Assembly (NCBI GenBank): GCA_009103225.1
Contig: RHPI01002069.1
Span: forward strand, 1,698,846 to 1,762,845
DNA: 64,000 bases
Direction: 5' to 3'
Source of the DNA: Chlorokybus atmophyticus
Taxonomy: Eukaryota > Plantae > Mesostigma and Chlorokybus algae
In this document: positions 26,967-40,162 of the stretch, piece after piece
How positions within the stretch are numbered: position 1 is the first letter of the stretch
How the letters are laid out: every line of letters begins with the position of its first letter
Translations under genes and position numbers: made by a program
The notes under the pieces: generated by a model
Database searches by the model: none
What the model saw: only the letters and a program-made list of their open reading frames with translations
Told to the model about the DNA's origin: nothing

Positions 26967-29051
26967 CAACAACAACAACAACAAGTTGAAGAAAGTGAAG
27001 GGGAGATGATCTCATCTCGAGAGGTTTACAGCAATGGTGTTGAACAGCTTGATATTGTTGATGAGGACGACAGCGATATCGATGTTGATGAGGAGGACGA
27101 CATGCGCGAGTTTGCACAGCGGGTGAGCGCCATTGAAGACAACTCTCATCGTCAACAACAACAACAGCAGCGGCGGAGCGAAGAGGGGCCAGCGAGCACC
27201 AGCGGCAGAGAAAGAGTTTTGGTTAACAATGGCAGCAGAGATAACAGGAGCACGCGCAGCGGAGGCAACAACAATACCAACAACAGCAAACCGCAGAGCC
27301 GGAGAGGGCCACTCAACGCCGTACAACGCGCGAGGTGAGTGTTGGTGTTGCTGCTGTTGTTGTGTTTTTTGGTTTGTTGTTCATGTTGTTGTTGTTGTTG
27401 TGCACGCTAACTCGCTTCTCTCAGGGAGGCCGAGGCCCAGGCCCAGGCCCAGTCGTCCAAGTCGGGTCTCTCCCCTGGCCGCGGTCAGACCGCCACCGCC
27501 ACCGCCGCCGAGCGCAGCAGCACACGGAACGCAGACCACCATCAGCAGCAGGACACCGAACGGAGCGGGGGGGACCCGTCGCTGGCGTTCAGAAAAGGAC
27601 CGAGAATGGTAGGGGGATAGCAAGCCATGCTGTTGTTGAGGTGATGTGTGGATGGATGTGTGTGTGTGAGCGCACGCGTGGTAGATGTGAGGTCTCAGGC
27701 TTTCTTTGTTCAGACACACGCGTGCGCGCGTGTGTGTACGTGTGGCTGCACGTGTGTGTTGTATCAGCGTTTCTGTACGTGTGCGTGTGCGCGTGCGCGT
27801 GCGCGTGCGCGTGCGCGTGCGTGTGTGTGTGCTTATCACGATCTGTCCTGTCTGCATCCAGCCCGGTTTCGAGCCTTACACTCTGGAGGACTACCAGCGC
27901 ATGCGCGGTCCCGGCTACTACGAGCTGGGCAAGCTGGGTCCCGACCTGGACGTGGACGCGCTCGCGGAGAAGAAGGCAAAGATCGACAAGGCCAAGAGTT
28001 ACGCGCAGGAGGCGAGAGCCAACAACATAAGCACAACCAATGGGGTCAGTAAAGAGGCATTATGCGCATTGTGCACTGCTTGACTGAGGTGGAGATGTTG
28101 TACAAGTTGTTGTGTCCCGACTATGTGTGTCTCCTCTGTCCTGCAGGTTGATGGCAGCAGACAGGGGAAGCGGGTTGAAAAATCTGCAGACAAGCCGTCC
28201 ACACGCAAAAAGGTGCGCTTACCTGAATAACAGTTGCTTTGAGCAGACAGTGAGCTGCGTTGTTGGGGAGAGGNNNNNNNNNNNNNNNNNNNNNNNNNNN
28301 NNNNNNNNNNNNNNNNNNNNNNNNNNNNNNNNNNNNNNNNNNNNNNNNNNNNNNNNNNNNNNNNNNNNNNNNNNNNNNNNNNNNNNNNNNNNNNNNNNNN
28401 NNNNNNNNNNNNNNNNNNNNNNNNNNNNNNNNNNNNNNNNNNNNNNNNNNNNNNNNNNNNNNNNNNNNNNNNNNNNNNNNNNNNNNNNNNNNNNNNNNNN
28501 NNNNNNNNNNNNGGGCACACGAGAGGGTGCGCACGCACGCACGCACACACATACACGCCCATGTACGCGCGTGCATGTGTGGGCGCACGTATACACGTGC
28601 ATACATGTTTGCCTGCAGGCGTGCACATATGGTTGCATGTGGGTTAGCGTGCGTGCGCGTGCATATTGGTATTGGGTGTTACGTGTGCATGTCTGACACA
28701 CAATGTTGGGCAGGCGTTGGAGTTTGCCAATAACATTCCAAAGCCAAAGGTGCCCGTCAAGCAGTCCTTGTTGGAGCCCCAGCAGCAGGAGCAGTACAGG
28801 CAGCTGACTGAGCTGGAGGCCCTGGAGCTGCAGCACCAGCTGGACCAGGAGCGTGTTGAGGTGAGTGTGGGAGTGCGGATCACTGAATGACTGCTTGTTG
28901 ACCCAATCAGTACGTAAGCTTGTGGCTTCAAGTCAGCAAGAGCATACCATGACGAAACGTTGTTGATCATACGTAGACACATGACTGCTGATGAAGCTTG
29001 GTGTTTTTCTTGCAGGCAATCAGGAGAGGCTTGAAAGGGGTGCGCTGTTGA
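25721..29051 (+). CDS. SPATA4/SPEF1-type CH domain + polyQ/acidic linker + JHY-like C-terminal domain, about 9 exons
   Basis: The N-terminus reads LPREVIRWLLSLDLSYPFKNVRR|DFSNGFLVAEIFSRYFP...RDNWGLLQK. A Q-rich exon spans 26636-27334. The C-terminal exons read FEPYTLEDYQRM...ELGKLGPDL...KKAKIDKAKSYAQEARANN, STRKK|ALEFANNIPKPK and LEALELQHQLDQERVE|AIRRGL. Phases are consistent across junctions, and one intron contains an N gap. Confidence 0.8.
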
Positions 29052-32000
29052 GATTTTAGAGCAAAAAGTGTGTTGGTGTTGATGGTGTCTCACGCATTGT
29101 ACTCTGTGTACATGGCGTGTGTACCCGGCATGCATGAGAGAGTTGCATTGGGTAGTGGACTCAGATAGGCAAGCCATATTAAGTAGTGACAATGTTGAGG
29201 TCTTTATTCATGTGCCTAAGGCTTATGCAGGACACGTTGTCATGACGAAAGGTGATGACCAAGTTCGAATTACTTGCTAGGTAAGTTGGACAAATAGCCA
29301 TCGCATGGCTTTTACACAATTGCTCATGTAATGGTTCATATGGTGGAATTGAATTTCACAACCATACAGCACATGTGCTGCAAGAATTGCATGTATAAAG
29401 CAAAACAATGCAACAAGGAATGCAATGCAAGCACACGGCAGTAGAATCATCAAGCAATAGCAATAAGCAACCATAAATTCAAGAAGGCCCCAAGCAGCGC
29501 TAGCAACTTATATCCCAAGACGTCGTATGCATGCGATATGCATGGGGTTGTTTGATGGCATGTACCTTGCGACTCTTTGGTTTGTGCAAAGCCACTATTC
29601 GCTTCAATCTTGACTTTTTGTGCAATAGAATGCAAACGATTAAGACTATGACTCACAATAAGCCATCATTGTCAGCAGTGTCGAAAACGCGCGCATTGCT
29701 ATAATAAAATTTTCAATCTATCAACTCATTTCTCACAACATGACACAAATCTTGTGGACATTAGAATCATTGCATGCTCTTTATGTGCAACACTTGCATT
29801 TGTGCATTGAGGTACTTGTAATTATTGCAATCATGATGATACGCGGTAAGCAACTTGTAATGTTTGTATAATGCCGAAGATCCATATTAAAGACGTATTA
29901 CGTCTTTATGTTAAATGCTATATACATGTTCATAATATGAACATGTATACAGCACTGATTTTAAGTGCATAAGTACATATTAATCAACATATACGAGAAC
30001 ATGATGTCATGTAAACTTGAAGCTCATTTAGTAGTTATTGCGATATGATGATAAACCTACAACAAACCTACAATATTTGCATCTAGTTATAAGTCAACAT
30101 CTACACCATCAGCAAATGTTATTAAACAATACTTTAATAATAACATGTGCAGCACACTTTTTTAAGCTTTTAAGCTTATAACGAAAGTGAGTATAAAACG
30201 ATACAATTAACGAGTACATTTAACAATCGTAATATTACGTTTGCAAGGGCAAAGTTCAAGGGTGATATATCAATAAACAAAAGTGCATGTTGTTCAACAA
30301 CTGCAGAAGGTTTACGTAAGCAACGCGTTATGTTAAAATGTTTCATTTATAACGATCGTGCAATATTGTCAAAATTGTGTATGAGTTGAATTATAATGTA
30401 GCAGAGCTTATCAGTATGTAGTTATATGTAATATGCGGGTCATCACATACCCTATTTTCGATTGGGCAAAGAGGAATCATCACGTACAAGTGCAATCATT
30501 GATGATATGTTTACAAGTGTTGAATTTGTTAATTTTTAATAGAAAGCGAATGAATTACAAACCATTCGTCCCCCCCCCCCCCCNNNNNNNNNNNNNNNNN
30601 NNNNNNNNNNNNNNNNNNNNNNNNNNNNNNNNNNNNNNNNNNNNNNNNNNNNNNNNNNNNNNNNNNNNNNNNNNNNNNNNNNNNNNNNNNNNNNNNNNNN
30701 NNNNNNNNNNNNNNNNNNNNNNNNNNNNNNNNNNNNNNNNNNNNNNNNNNNNNNNCCCACACACACACGCATCGTGCATTATCGCACACATGGCATGTAT
30801 GATAACTTTGTGCACTTTTATTATATAAAATAGACACACATGTTGCCACAGCCACGCAGCTGCTCCAACAATATAAGTGCAATTCTTACACCGTGTGCGT
30901 GACGCATGCCGAAGCATACTTGTGTTGATCTCTATTAAAGAGAGTCGATTCTTATGAACATGCATCACCTAACGCTAGGTACTACCTAGCGTTTGTGTGC
31001 ATCATACTGCACGCACCTTGGTCATAGGGGCCATCCTTAATGAGGGTTTTAGCACAAGCAATAGCTATCATTGCAAGCGGTTGTCGGCACTACTAGCTGA
31101 CATGACTTGGTTGTTGGTGGCCTCGGACGCACTTTGAAAACGATTAACATTGTCGGGTGCGCATGCTGGCTGATCCTCATGATATGATTGGCCAGAAGAG
31201 GTAGTCGAACTTGTTGATTACGTGTGCATTTAGCGCAATGCATTGACCAGTCTTGGCGGTATGTTAAACTTCCCGTGTTGACACTTCCATCATGTCAATA
31301 AGAAAAACGCTTGCCCTGCACATGGCATAGTTATTGCACGAACAATACGGACTAATAGGAATAGGATACATCACAAGCTCAAGACCAGCGCACCTTCCTC
31401 TAGGTGGTTTTCAGCTTGGCGCTCAATGCTGCTTGCTCAAAAGTCAGTATACTTTGACGTGCACTCCGCGTAAGCCTTACCTGAGGTACATGTTCATAGC
31501 ATGGTGAATCTTCGGATATGTTGAGTTAGTTAATGCACGAGCAATTGCAACTCCGTTATCAAGACATGGCTGACGCTTTCAACGCGAGCGCTGCCAACAT
31601 TGAGCCTGCCCATGGTGCAAGTTTTTGCAGAATATCTGGTGGAAGCTCGCTTTCCAAGTTGCAATTCCTTTAATCAAAACGTTTACCTCAACATGTGCAC
31701 AGTATTGAGTGCGGCGGCATAAATGATCGCGCGTGCCAGTGCGCACGGGCACGCGCAATCATTAAGACTTAATCAATCTTGAATTTAGCAGTTGCATTTC
31801 TTACGCAGTGTATCAAATTGAATGTCTTTGCACATCTTGTTGATGCTGTTTACATGCATAGTTCATTTGGACATTAAACACATGCATTTGTAGACATGTC
31901 CTTTACAAGTGATTGGCTACTAGCTAATAGTAATGTGTATTCATATATAATGTAATGCAGCACTTGCATTCATATGCATACATAATCTGTAAACATAAAC

Positions 32001-34938
32001 GCATATGTCACCTCAATTTACAACAAGATCTACATAGTTTTATTCGACTCACACAAATTGTGACAGCTTTGAAATCATGACCGTCACATCAATTAAAACT
32101 TTTGGTTATTGTGCGTCTGCGCAGCATAACAGATTGCATACAATGTGCCACATACATTGCGGCAACACATGCGTCAAACAGGAAGAGTTTATTTCCCCCC
32201 CGTTAAGAGACTCTTGAGGTAACATGAGTGTGATGATATATTCAATTTGTGTACATCTGTTATATACGTACACGCGTTTTCCCCGCACGCCTAAAACAGC
32301 CCTTGTAACGAGAAGGTAATAAGGCAGTAATAATTTTATTATATGTTAATATTATTTTATGACGCAACGTTAAATCAATAAAAAGCTTACCATATATGCA
32401 ACGCAATCGCACATTTACAAAGCTTGATGCATGCACGAAAACTGTTGACGTAAAAGTAAAGATTACACACATCAATGATTTTGCGTGTTGCCATTAAACT
32501 GAGATCAGTCACACATGCGCCCCAACATGCTTGGCACTCTGTGCAGGTGTGTGCAAATAATTTGCTTAAATTGCATATTGTGTGACATGGTAAAAATGAC
32601 GGCTATGTGAGAGCCGGCACGCGCATGAAAACATGCATTGCGGTATGCTTATTGCTCACAATGTTGGGTGTGTTTACAAGCTGCTGTTGATGGTGTTTGT
32701 TTGTAAAGTAATCTGCTGATCAAACGAGTTGAACTGTTTCATGCTTTGATGACTTTGTATTGACACACATGATGTGTCAATACGAACATCATGTGAAAAT
32801 AACAATTATGTATGTACATATAATGATGCTGTTTCAATGCGTTACCCACTACCTTGCTTGAACGTATACACACAGTATAATGCCCAAGTATAAATCACAA
32901 TAAGCCGGTGCGGGCTTAGTAAATCAGGCTAAAACGGAAGCTGAGGTAGTGGTAAAACAATATGTTATGAACTCATGTACATACCTACCTACTGGTTGGC
33001 CTAAGTTACATGAACACCTTCAATGACTGTCCGATGCAGCTGATCTAGTCGCTAGCCGCCTCGTAGGCGACCGTTGGGGACGGCGGGGATCAGTTCGAAT
33101 CTTGTCAATGACACCAGTTGCCATACTTAACTGGAAACAACCGCAAGCGTGTCCACTTCGATGCAACTCCGCAGTCAGTTGAAGTAGATAATCAGGTAAC
33201 TGTTCGAACTGACGGAGCTTTTAGGTCTTCAACAAGATCACGTGTCTTGTTTGTCGCCGAAGTATGGCGCGCTGGCACTGTCTAGGCCTAAGCCTAATGC
33301 AGAAAGACCGTTGCGCATGACTGATCCGTCATCGACTGCAAGACCAGTCAATTGCGGCACTATTCCTTAACTGGTCGAGTCCTTGTCCGATAGCATCGAC
33401 CCATCATGCCGCAAATGGCAACACCAATGTCCGGTGATGGGCACAGGGGTGAAGCGGCACAGGCAGGACCTAGGCCTAATGAGGCTGTCGCCGATAAAGA
33501 CGCGGTGAGCTGGGACACACGTGATGAGATGCGACCGACGCCTACCGCCAATAGACTGCAAGGTGGTTGTCGGGAGCTGGAATGAAAGGCGCTTTTCGGG
33601 ACCGTCAGCACGGAAGATATGAATGTTCCTAGACCAGGTGTATCTGCGACTGGACAACGTGGACAAGCAGGTTGGTTAGCTGCTGCTAGCCCACGGTGAG
33701 TTCACAGTCAGCTAATGGTAGGCCTTCATGTTCAGAGCAAGGTTTCTCAAGATCACGTTTACAAAGGCTGCTTTGAGGTAATACGGTAAAAGCTCCTATC
33801 TGCGGTATCGTTGCTGGTGTCGTGATTCTATGAAAATGTGTAAGTCTGTGACAGTGACAGTGCTCGAACCCCAGAGTTGTCATGCTACGCCAGATATTTG
33901 ACAAACGTGAACACGAAGTTCAGGCTTGAACTCCGCCTTGACTGACAACTTGAGAGTCACAAGTCTGTCTGGCAGTCACAGCGGTAACCATGGTCGAGGT
34001 TACAGCCGACTCCGATCAACCAATGAATCGTTGTCAACGACTCGGTGAGCCGCGAAAGTCACCATAGGCCTACTTTCACATTAGAGCAATGCGGGAGTTC
34101 GCACTGGTCAAGCGGAAACGAGCCTTTGGGGCCAAAGGCTTTGGCTGAGTTAACCAAAGTCGTGAACTGTGTGGGAGCGGGTTTTCGGCGTGTCGCATGC
34201 CGTGTCCTAACCGTGTCTGGCAAGTAACGGCATGCAAGCAAGTCGGCAAGCAGTGCACTACTTGAGCAGCGGCGGTGGTGGTGGCGGCGGCAGCGTAGAG
34301 GTTGGTTGGCGAGTCGTTGTCAACCGCCTCAACAACATGGCGGAAAGCAGTAGATGACAGCAGTAATACCTGAAAGTGTAATGCGAGGGTAGGCTGCACC
34401 TGTCCGTTGGGTCCCCCCCCCTCCCCCTGCACAAGCTGGTCGGGTGAGACAAGCAGCTGAGCATTGAAGGTTGAGGCACGATCTTCTTGCTCTTACATAC
34501 CTGGAGCTTGTTGACAGCTGACTGACTCGTTGTACAGATCGGGTTCTTGAAGCTGTGCACACAACAGCTGTACACATGTACACCATCCTATGTCCATCAC
34601 AGCAGTGTTCGCTGTATGTAGTGTTCTGGTGCTGGTTGGTCATCTGCACGTATGGTGCATTCAAGCAGCAATGAGCTGTTCTGGTTGCAGATGCCATGCA
34701 CTCTGCTGACCTCTGGACATGCTAGTGAGCTGGTCTTGCCTCAAAATAAGCTCTGTGGCATGTCTAGCACAGCTTTTGTCATTTGGTAGTGTGCTGTAGC
34801 TGCTACTTCTGGCTGCTGCTGCTGATGTCGCTGCTGCTGCTGTTGTTGTTGTTGTCGTCAATGCATACTGCTCTCATTGCTGATGCGCAGCTTGTGTTTG
34901 TCAGCACTGATTCCCAAGTTGCTGTTGTGCCCTGCAGG

Positions 34939-37900
34939 ATGGCTGCTTTGAAGAAACTTGCGGCCTTGGTGCTGCTGCTGTGTCTTGCGGCGCATGCAGT
35001 GGGTGCTTTCAGGGTGCTGCAAAACGGCTTCCGACTGGATGAGGTCCTTGTTGGCGCGGGCATTGTTCAACCAGTAGCCATCAAGCTGGCATCTGATGGC
35101 AGGGCCATTGTTGCTGAGAAGGGCGGACGTGCAAAGATTTTCAAAAATGTTAATGCGATCGCGCCAGACGCTGTGCTAGATGTAAGGCTGCACTGAAAGT
35201 TGCCAATGGAAGTTGCTTGTGAAAATTGCACGTTGCTCTTTGCATGGTGTGTGCTTTGACCACAAGTTGTTGGAGGGAGTGTCAGCTGCCATCCCACGAC
35301 CACAGTTACACTTCTTTGACCTGTAACCGTTTACCAGATTGCCAATGTGCTGAACTGTTGCAGGTGAGCGCATACTGCGCTGTACAGAACGATCGCGGGT
35401 TGATGGGTATAGCATTGCATCCTCAGTTCACGACAAACCCAGCCAAAGCGTGGGTATATCTGCTATATACTTACAGCAGGGACAACCAGCGTGACTGCCC
35501 GGACCTGCAGGTGCGTACATGTATATGTAAGCCCATCTCCATGCACAGCAAGCCCCCCCCCTCCTCCTCCCCCCCCCCCTTGTTTGAGGAGCATCACCCA
35601 ACCTATCCGCATGGCAGTGTCCAGCCAATGCACGCCTGTCAAGGTTCTTGACAAAGCTTGACAACGGAATGACTTCGGCTGTTGGTGGGGAGCAAGTTTT
35701 GCTTGAAGGCTACTGGTGCCAGGAGTTCCCTGCGCACATGATTGGAACGGTAAGGTGTCAATGCTCAACACATGTGTAATCACAAGCATGCTATAACAGT
35801 GCAGAGTTACTCATGGGTAGCTGGCAATCACAGATTGTCTTTGGGGAGAAAGATGGTGCTTTGTACATGGGCTCTGGAGACGGCTCGTCATGGTTTTCTT
35901 TGGACTACGGCGCCTCCGCGGCAAATGCAGCTTTGCGCAACCCGTGCAACGATCCCCCTGGCGGCCCGTCCATCACGCTGCCATCCGCTGAGGTAGGGTC
36001 GTACGCCTGAGTTGAAATATGCCAATGCTTGGCTTACCAATCTGCATGCGTTACAGTAACTAAAACGTTGTCACATTGACACAGGGAGGAGCGCTGCGTG
36101 CGCAGGATATCCGCACCCCTGGTATGAAAGCGTCTTGCTGGTTGCTTCTTCTTCTCTCTCTCTCTCTCTCTGCCAACATTGTTCTGTTGCATGCAGACGA
36201 CCCATTGACATACGACGGGTGCATCCTGCGCATTGATCCAGACACCGGCAGGGGTCTCCCCGATAACCCGTTCTACAATGCGAACAACCCAAACGCTGCT
36301 GAGAACCGCGTTGCTGCTTACGGCTCCCGCAACCCTTTCAGAATGACGGTCAAGCCCGGCACCAATGATATCTACATGGCTGACGTCGGCTGGGGTGATT
36401 ATGAGGAGATCAACCGCCTGCAGGATGTTGCTCAGACACGCGTAGGGCCCAACTACGGCTGGCCATGCTATGAAGGCCCATTGGTAAGTGCGTCCATATA
36501 CTGTTTCTGTGTTGTGCATGCATCTCAGGAGCAATTGTAAGGCAACTTACTGCTGCTCATCGTGCAACAGCCTCAAGGCCAGTGGAAGTCAGCTGGCGCG
36601 GCCCTTTGCGAAAGCTTGTATAAGAACCCTACGAATGTACAGGAGCCGTACATCAGTTGGAAGCATGGCGTGGCACCGCAGCCATCTGTACGTGTTGTCG
36701 GCGTTCATGTTGGATGCATGACTCACCTGTCTTACTTGTCGCAATCACCCTTGCTGAAAGCCTATGTTGTGCAGGGCTGCAGCAGTGCGTTCTCGGGCTG
36801 CGTAACAGGTGTGGAGTTCTACCGTGGCGGCAGCTACCCGTCGCAGTATACGAATGCGCTGTTCTTCTCTGACTTCACCATGAAGTGCACGTGGGTGGCG
36901 CTTCCAGATGCACAGGGCAACCCAAGCAAGGTATGAACGATGGCGTGACAATCAACATATCATCTATGAATATGATACAATTGTGACATTGGCTGTGTGC
37001 GCAGGGCAACTTCATCACCCTCATTGATGACATGGATGTGGTGGACATTGCCACTGGTCCGGGCAACGACCTGTACATAGTTGCGTGGGGCACCGGAAAC
37101 ATTTACAGCCTGAGCTATGTGTCCAGCGTCCCAAATGCAGCATTCACCCCCAGCAAGACTTATGGCGTGGCACCTCTCTCTGTCAGCTTTGACGCCTCTG
37201 GCTCCCGTCCTGGCTCTAGTGGTAAGTGTTACATATGATTAACCAGCGAATGCTTATGGCAGTAAGACTATCTTGTCAATCTTATTCTCCCACTGGACTT
37301 TGTGTATGTAGGAGGCAGCATTTCTTACAGCTGGGACCTCAATGGTGACGGCACGTATGGTGACTCAGCAAGTGTCAAGCCGACTTACACGTACACCACA
37401 GCGGGCACGTACAATGTGAACCTGCGAGTGTCGGGCACCGGTGGCAGCGACACTGCCAGCACCAAGGTCACTGTCGTCAGCAACAGCGGTCAGCTACCCA
37501 ACCCCAAGATCACCTCACCGGCTGGAACACTCAAGTGGTCGGTTGGTGACCGAGTCAATTTTGCGGGTAAGGGAGTGCAGGGGTGCCTGTATGCACACAT
37601 GCGTTCATGTGTGCGTGCATTGGCCTGTTGTGGGATGCATTGCTGGCAGGCCCAGACTCAAATGCTTTACTGCAGGATCTGGGTCCAAAGCAGCCAACCA
37701 GATAGTCTGGAACATCGTTATGCAGCACTGTCCAGTGCCAAATGTGAGTCTGCTTTTGACTTCTTTGCTGAGGACAGTCTGCGCTAATATCTTGCACGAG
37801 TCCTCTGCTGACATGCAAGTCGTTTGACATATGCTGCTTGTGCAGTCATGCCACTCCCACTCAGTATTGCGCCTGAACAACGCCCAAAGCGGCAGCTTCC

Positions 37901-40162
37901 AGTGCCCCGAGCATGAGATGAGGACTTGGATTCGCATTCAACTGATAGAGACCGATCCAGCCACTGGTTTGTCTGCCACAGCAACCGTGGACATCTACCC
38001 TTTCACAATCAATGTCAACATGGTCTCCGTCCCACCCGGCATCCCGTTAGTGTTTGCAGGTGAGTGTTGTCAATCTCTTGTTGACCAATATGTTTATAGT
38101 CATTCATGATAGCATGTTTTGTGCAGACAAGAACTTGGTGACGCCTTATACCGTACTCGCCATTGAGAAGGGTTCGTCTACAATAGCTGCCCCTGCCACA
38201 AGAGTGTTGCCAGACGGGTCTGTGTGGAAGTTTGATCGATGGAGCGACGGGCAGGGCGCGACACATGTTGTGGGTATCCCAACGTCTGATGTCACATTCA
38301 CTGCATACTACACCAAGTCTTCAGGTACTGCTGAGTATGATGTAGAGTGTCCCCTTGAACTGCGTGTGAGACATGCGTGACACGTGTGACGTGCAGGCCA
38401 ACGTGTTACCGGCATCGACTGCGGGAACAGCCAGGCTGTCACGGATGGAGCCGGCCTGGTGTGGGCTGCGGATACGGGTTTTGTTGGAGGCGTGCCCACT
38501 GATACAGCCAATGCAATCTCGGGCGCTGCGGCTGGAAGGTCCCGTGTTTACCAGGTGTGTTGGGTCATTTGGTACTGTAATTGAACGTTGGCATGCTCAT
38601 TTGGTCAGTTGCTGGCCGCTTCTATGCAAAGAGTGTGGGGAACTCATGGCGTGTGCCTTCACCTTGCAGACTCAACGCTTTGGGGGTGCATTCTCGTATG
38701 TCATACCGCTCCAGGCTGGGAAATACACAGTCATCTTGCATTTCGCAGAGACTTACTGGACTGGTCCCAACCTGCGCAAGTTCAATGTGAACATACAGGT
38801 ACACGCACTACTTGACACTACCACTGTTGTGCTTATGGCATTCCCTGCTTAACATGGACCAAACTGGTGGCCACGCGTGTGCTCTCATTGACATGCGTTT
38901 GTTAAACTGGCACCTTGTGTGCAGGGTGTACGCGTGCTGTCAAACTTTGACATATACGCAGCGGCCGGCGCGATGAACAAAGTCGTCACAAGGGCCTTTG
39001 TTGCCAACGTGGCCAGCACGGGGAATCGCCAGCTGAAGATTGACTTTGCCGGCGCTGTTGACAATGCACAGGTTTGCAATGCACTCCTTGCATTTGTCGA
39101 GGCAGCCACTCGTCAAAATAGAGCTGTGTGTGGGTGAATTAGAGCTTCATGCACTGCGCTTGCTTATAGCAACATCAGCAACAACAGCAACAACATCAGC
39201 GGGGTTGATTCATTTGTTGTGTCTATTCTCAGGTGGCAGCTATCGAGCTGTATGAAGCAACAACGAGCACACCCAGCCCCACTCCATCTCCGTCTCCACC
39301 AGCATCAAAATACTACCTCAAGCCGATCGCCTTCATTGCGTGTGGCAGCGCAGCTGACCGACCAATCAACAACGTTGTGTACAAGGTCAGCAAAGGACTC
39401 AGTATACACAAGAGAGCTGAGATAGCGCTGCCGTGCTAACGCCACCGTGTTGTTGGTGATTTGCAGAAGGATTTTGGATTTATTGGCGGCCAGGCTGCGG
39501 ATCATCCCGAAGTAGCTATTGTATACAAGAATGCAGCTTGGGTAAGCATGAGCTGAAACAGCTTGCAGCAAGCCTTGAAAACAATAAGTGCTGCTCCTGC
39601 TGGATGAAGAAAACCAACACTGATTGGTTGTTATCACTGCTACAGGCTCGACTGTTGCAAGGCCAGCGCTATGGCACATTTGCGTATGAGCTTCCAGCCG
39701 CAAGTGGCGCTGCTTACAAGATCTTCTTGTGGTGAGTTGTGGTGCACCTCAGGCCACTGAACATACACACATCTCAAGTCGAGCGGTGCATGTGATGTGG
39801 CCCTTGCTCAATATATGCTTGCACACACCAGGTACGCTGAAACATACTGGACAGCTGCCGGACAGCGCTTGTTCAATGTCAATGTGAACGGAGTTCGCTT
39901 CCGCACGAACTACGACGTTGTGAAGGCTGCCGGAGGCGCTCGCAAAGGCGTCGTTGACTCTGCGCGCTTCCGTATAAGCACCGACAAGCTTCGCATCGAC
40001 TTCATTTCTGTGGTTGACAATGCAATGGTAAGTCATGGCTTTGGCGTGTGTCAAGTTAGGTAAGGCCACAACATGTGTGATATGTGCGCACACATTCTCA
40101 CTCTCACTCTCATGACATGACAGGTCAGTGGCATTGCGGTGTATCGCGTCATCTACTACTAG
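34939..40162 (+). CDS. Secreted glucose/sorbosone (PQQ-dependent sugar) dehydrogenase beta-propeller + PKD/Ig-like domains + two malectin domains, about 21 exons
   Basis: Signal peptide MAALKKLAALVLLLCLAAHAVGA. GSDH motifs: RGLMGIALHPQF, WCQEFPAHMIGT, DGALYMGSGDG, GGALRAQD, DGCILRIDPDTG, YGSRNPFR, DVGWGDYEEIN, NYGWPCYEG. PKD motif: APLSVSFDASGS...YSWDLNGDG...YTYTTAGTYNVNLRV. Malectin motifs: YTVILHFAETYW...RKFNVNIQ and YAETYWTAAGQRLFNVNVNG...VDNAM|VSGIAV. Confidence 0.92.

Noticed and set aside
26458-27117. Antisense poly-L/V/A ORFs over the polyQ exon, and ORFs over RY-rich introns
   Set aside because: These are shadow frames of low-complexity sequence; the sense-strand genes explain the region.
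33367-33666. FIGDSLIR resembling a GDSL/SGNH esterase of LINE ORF1
   Set aside because: A single short motif with no downstream blocks and no adjacent LINE ORF2.
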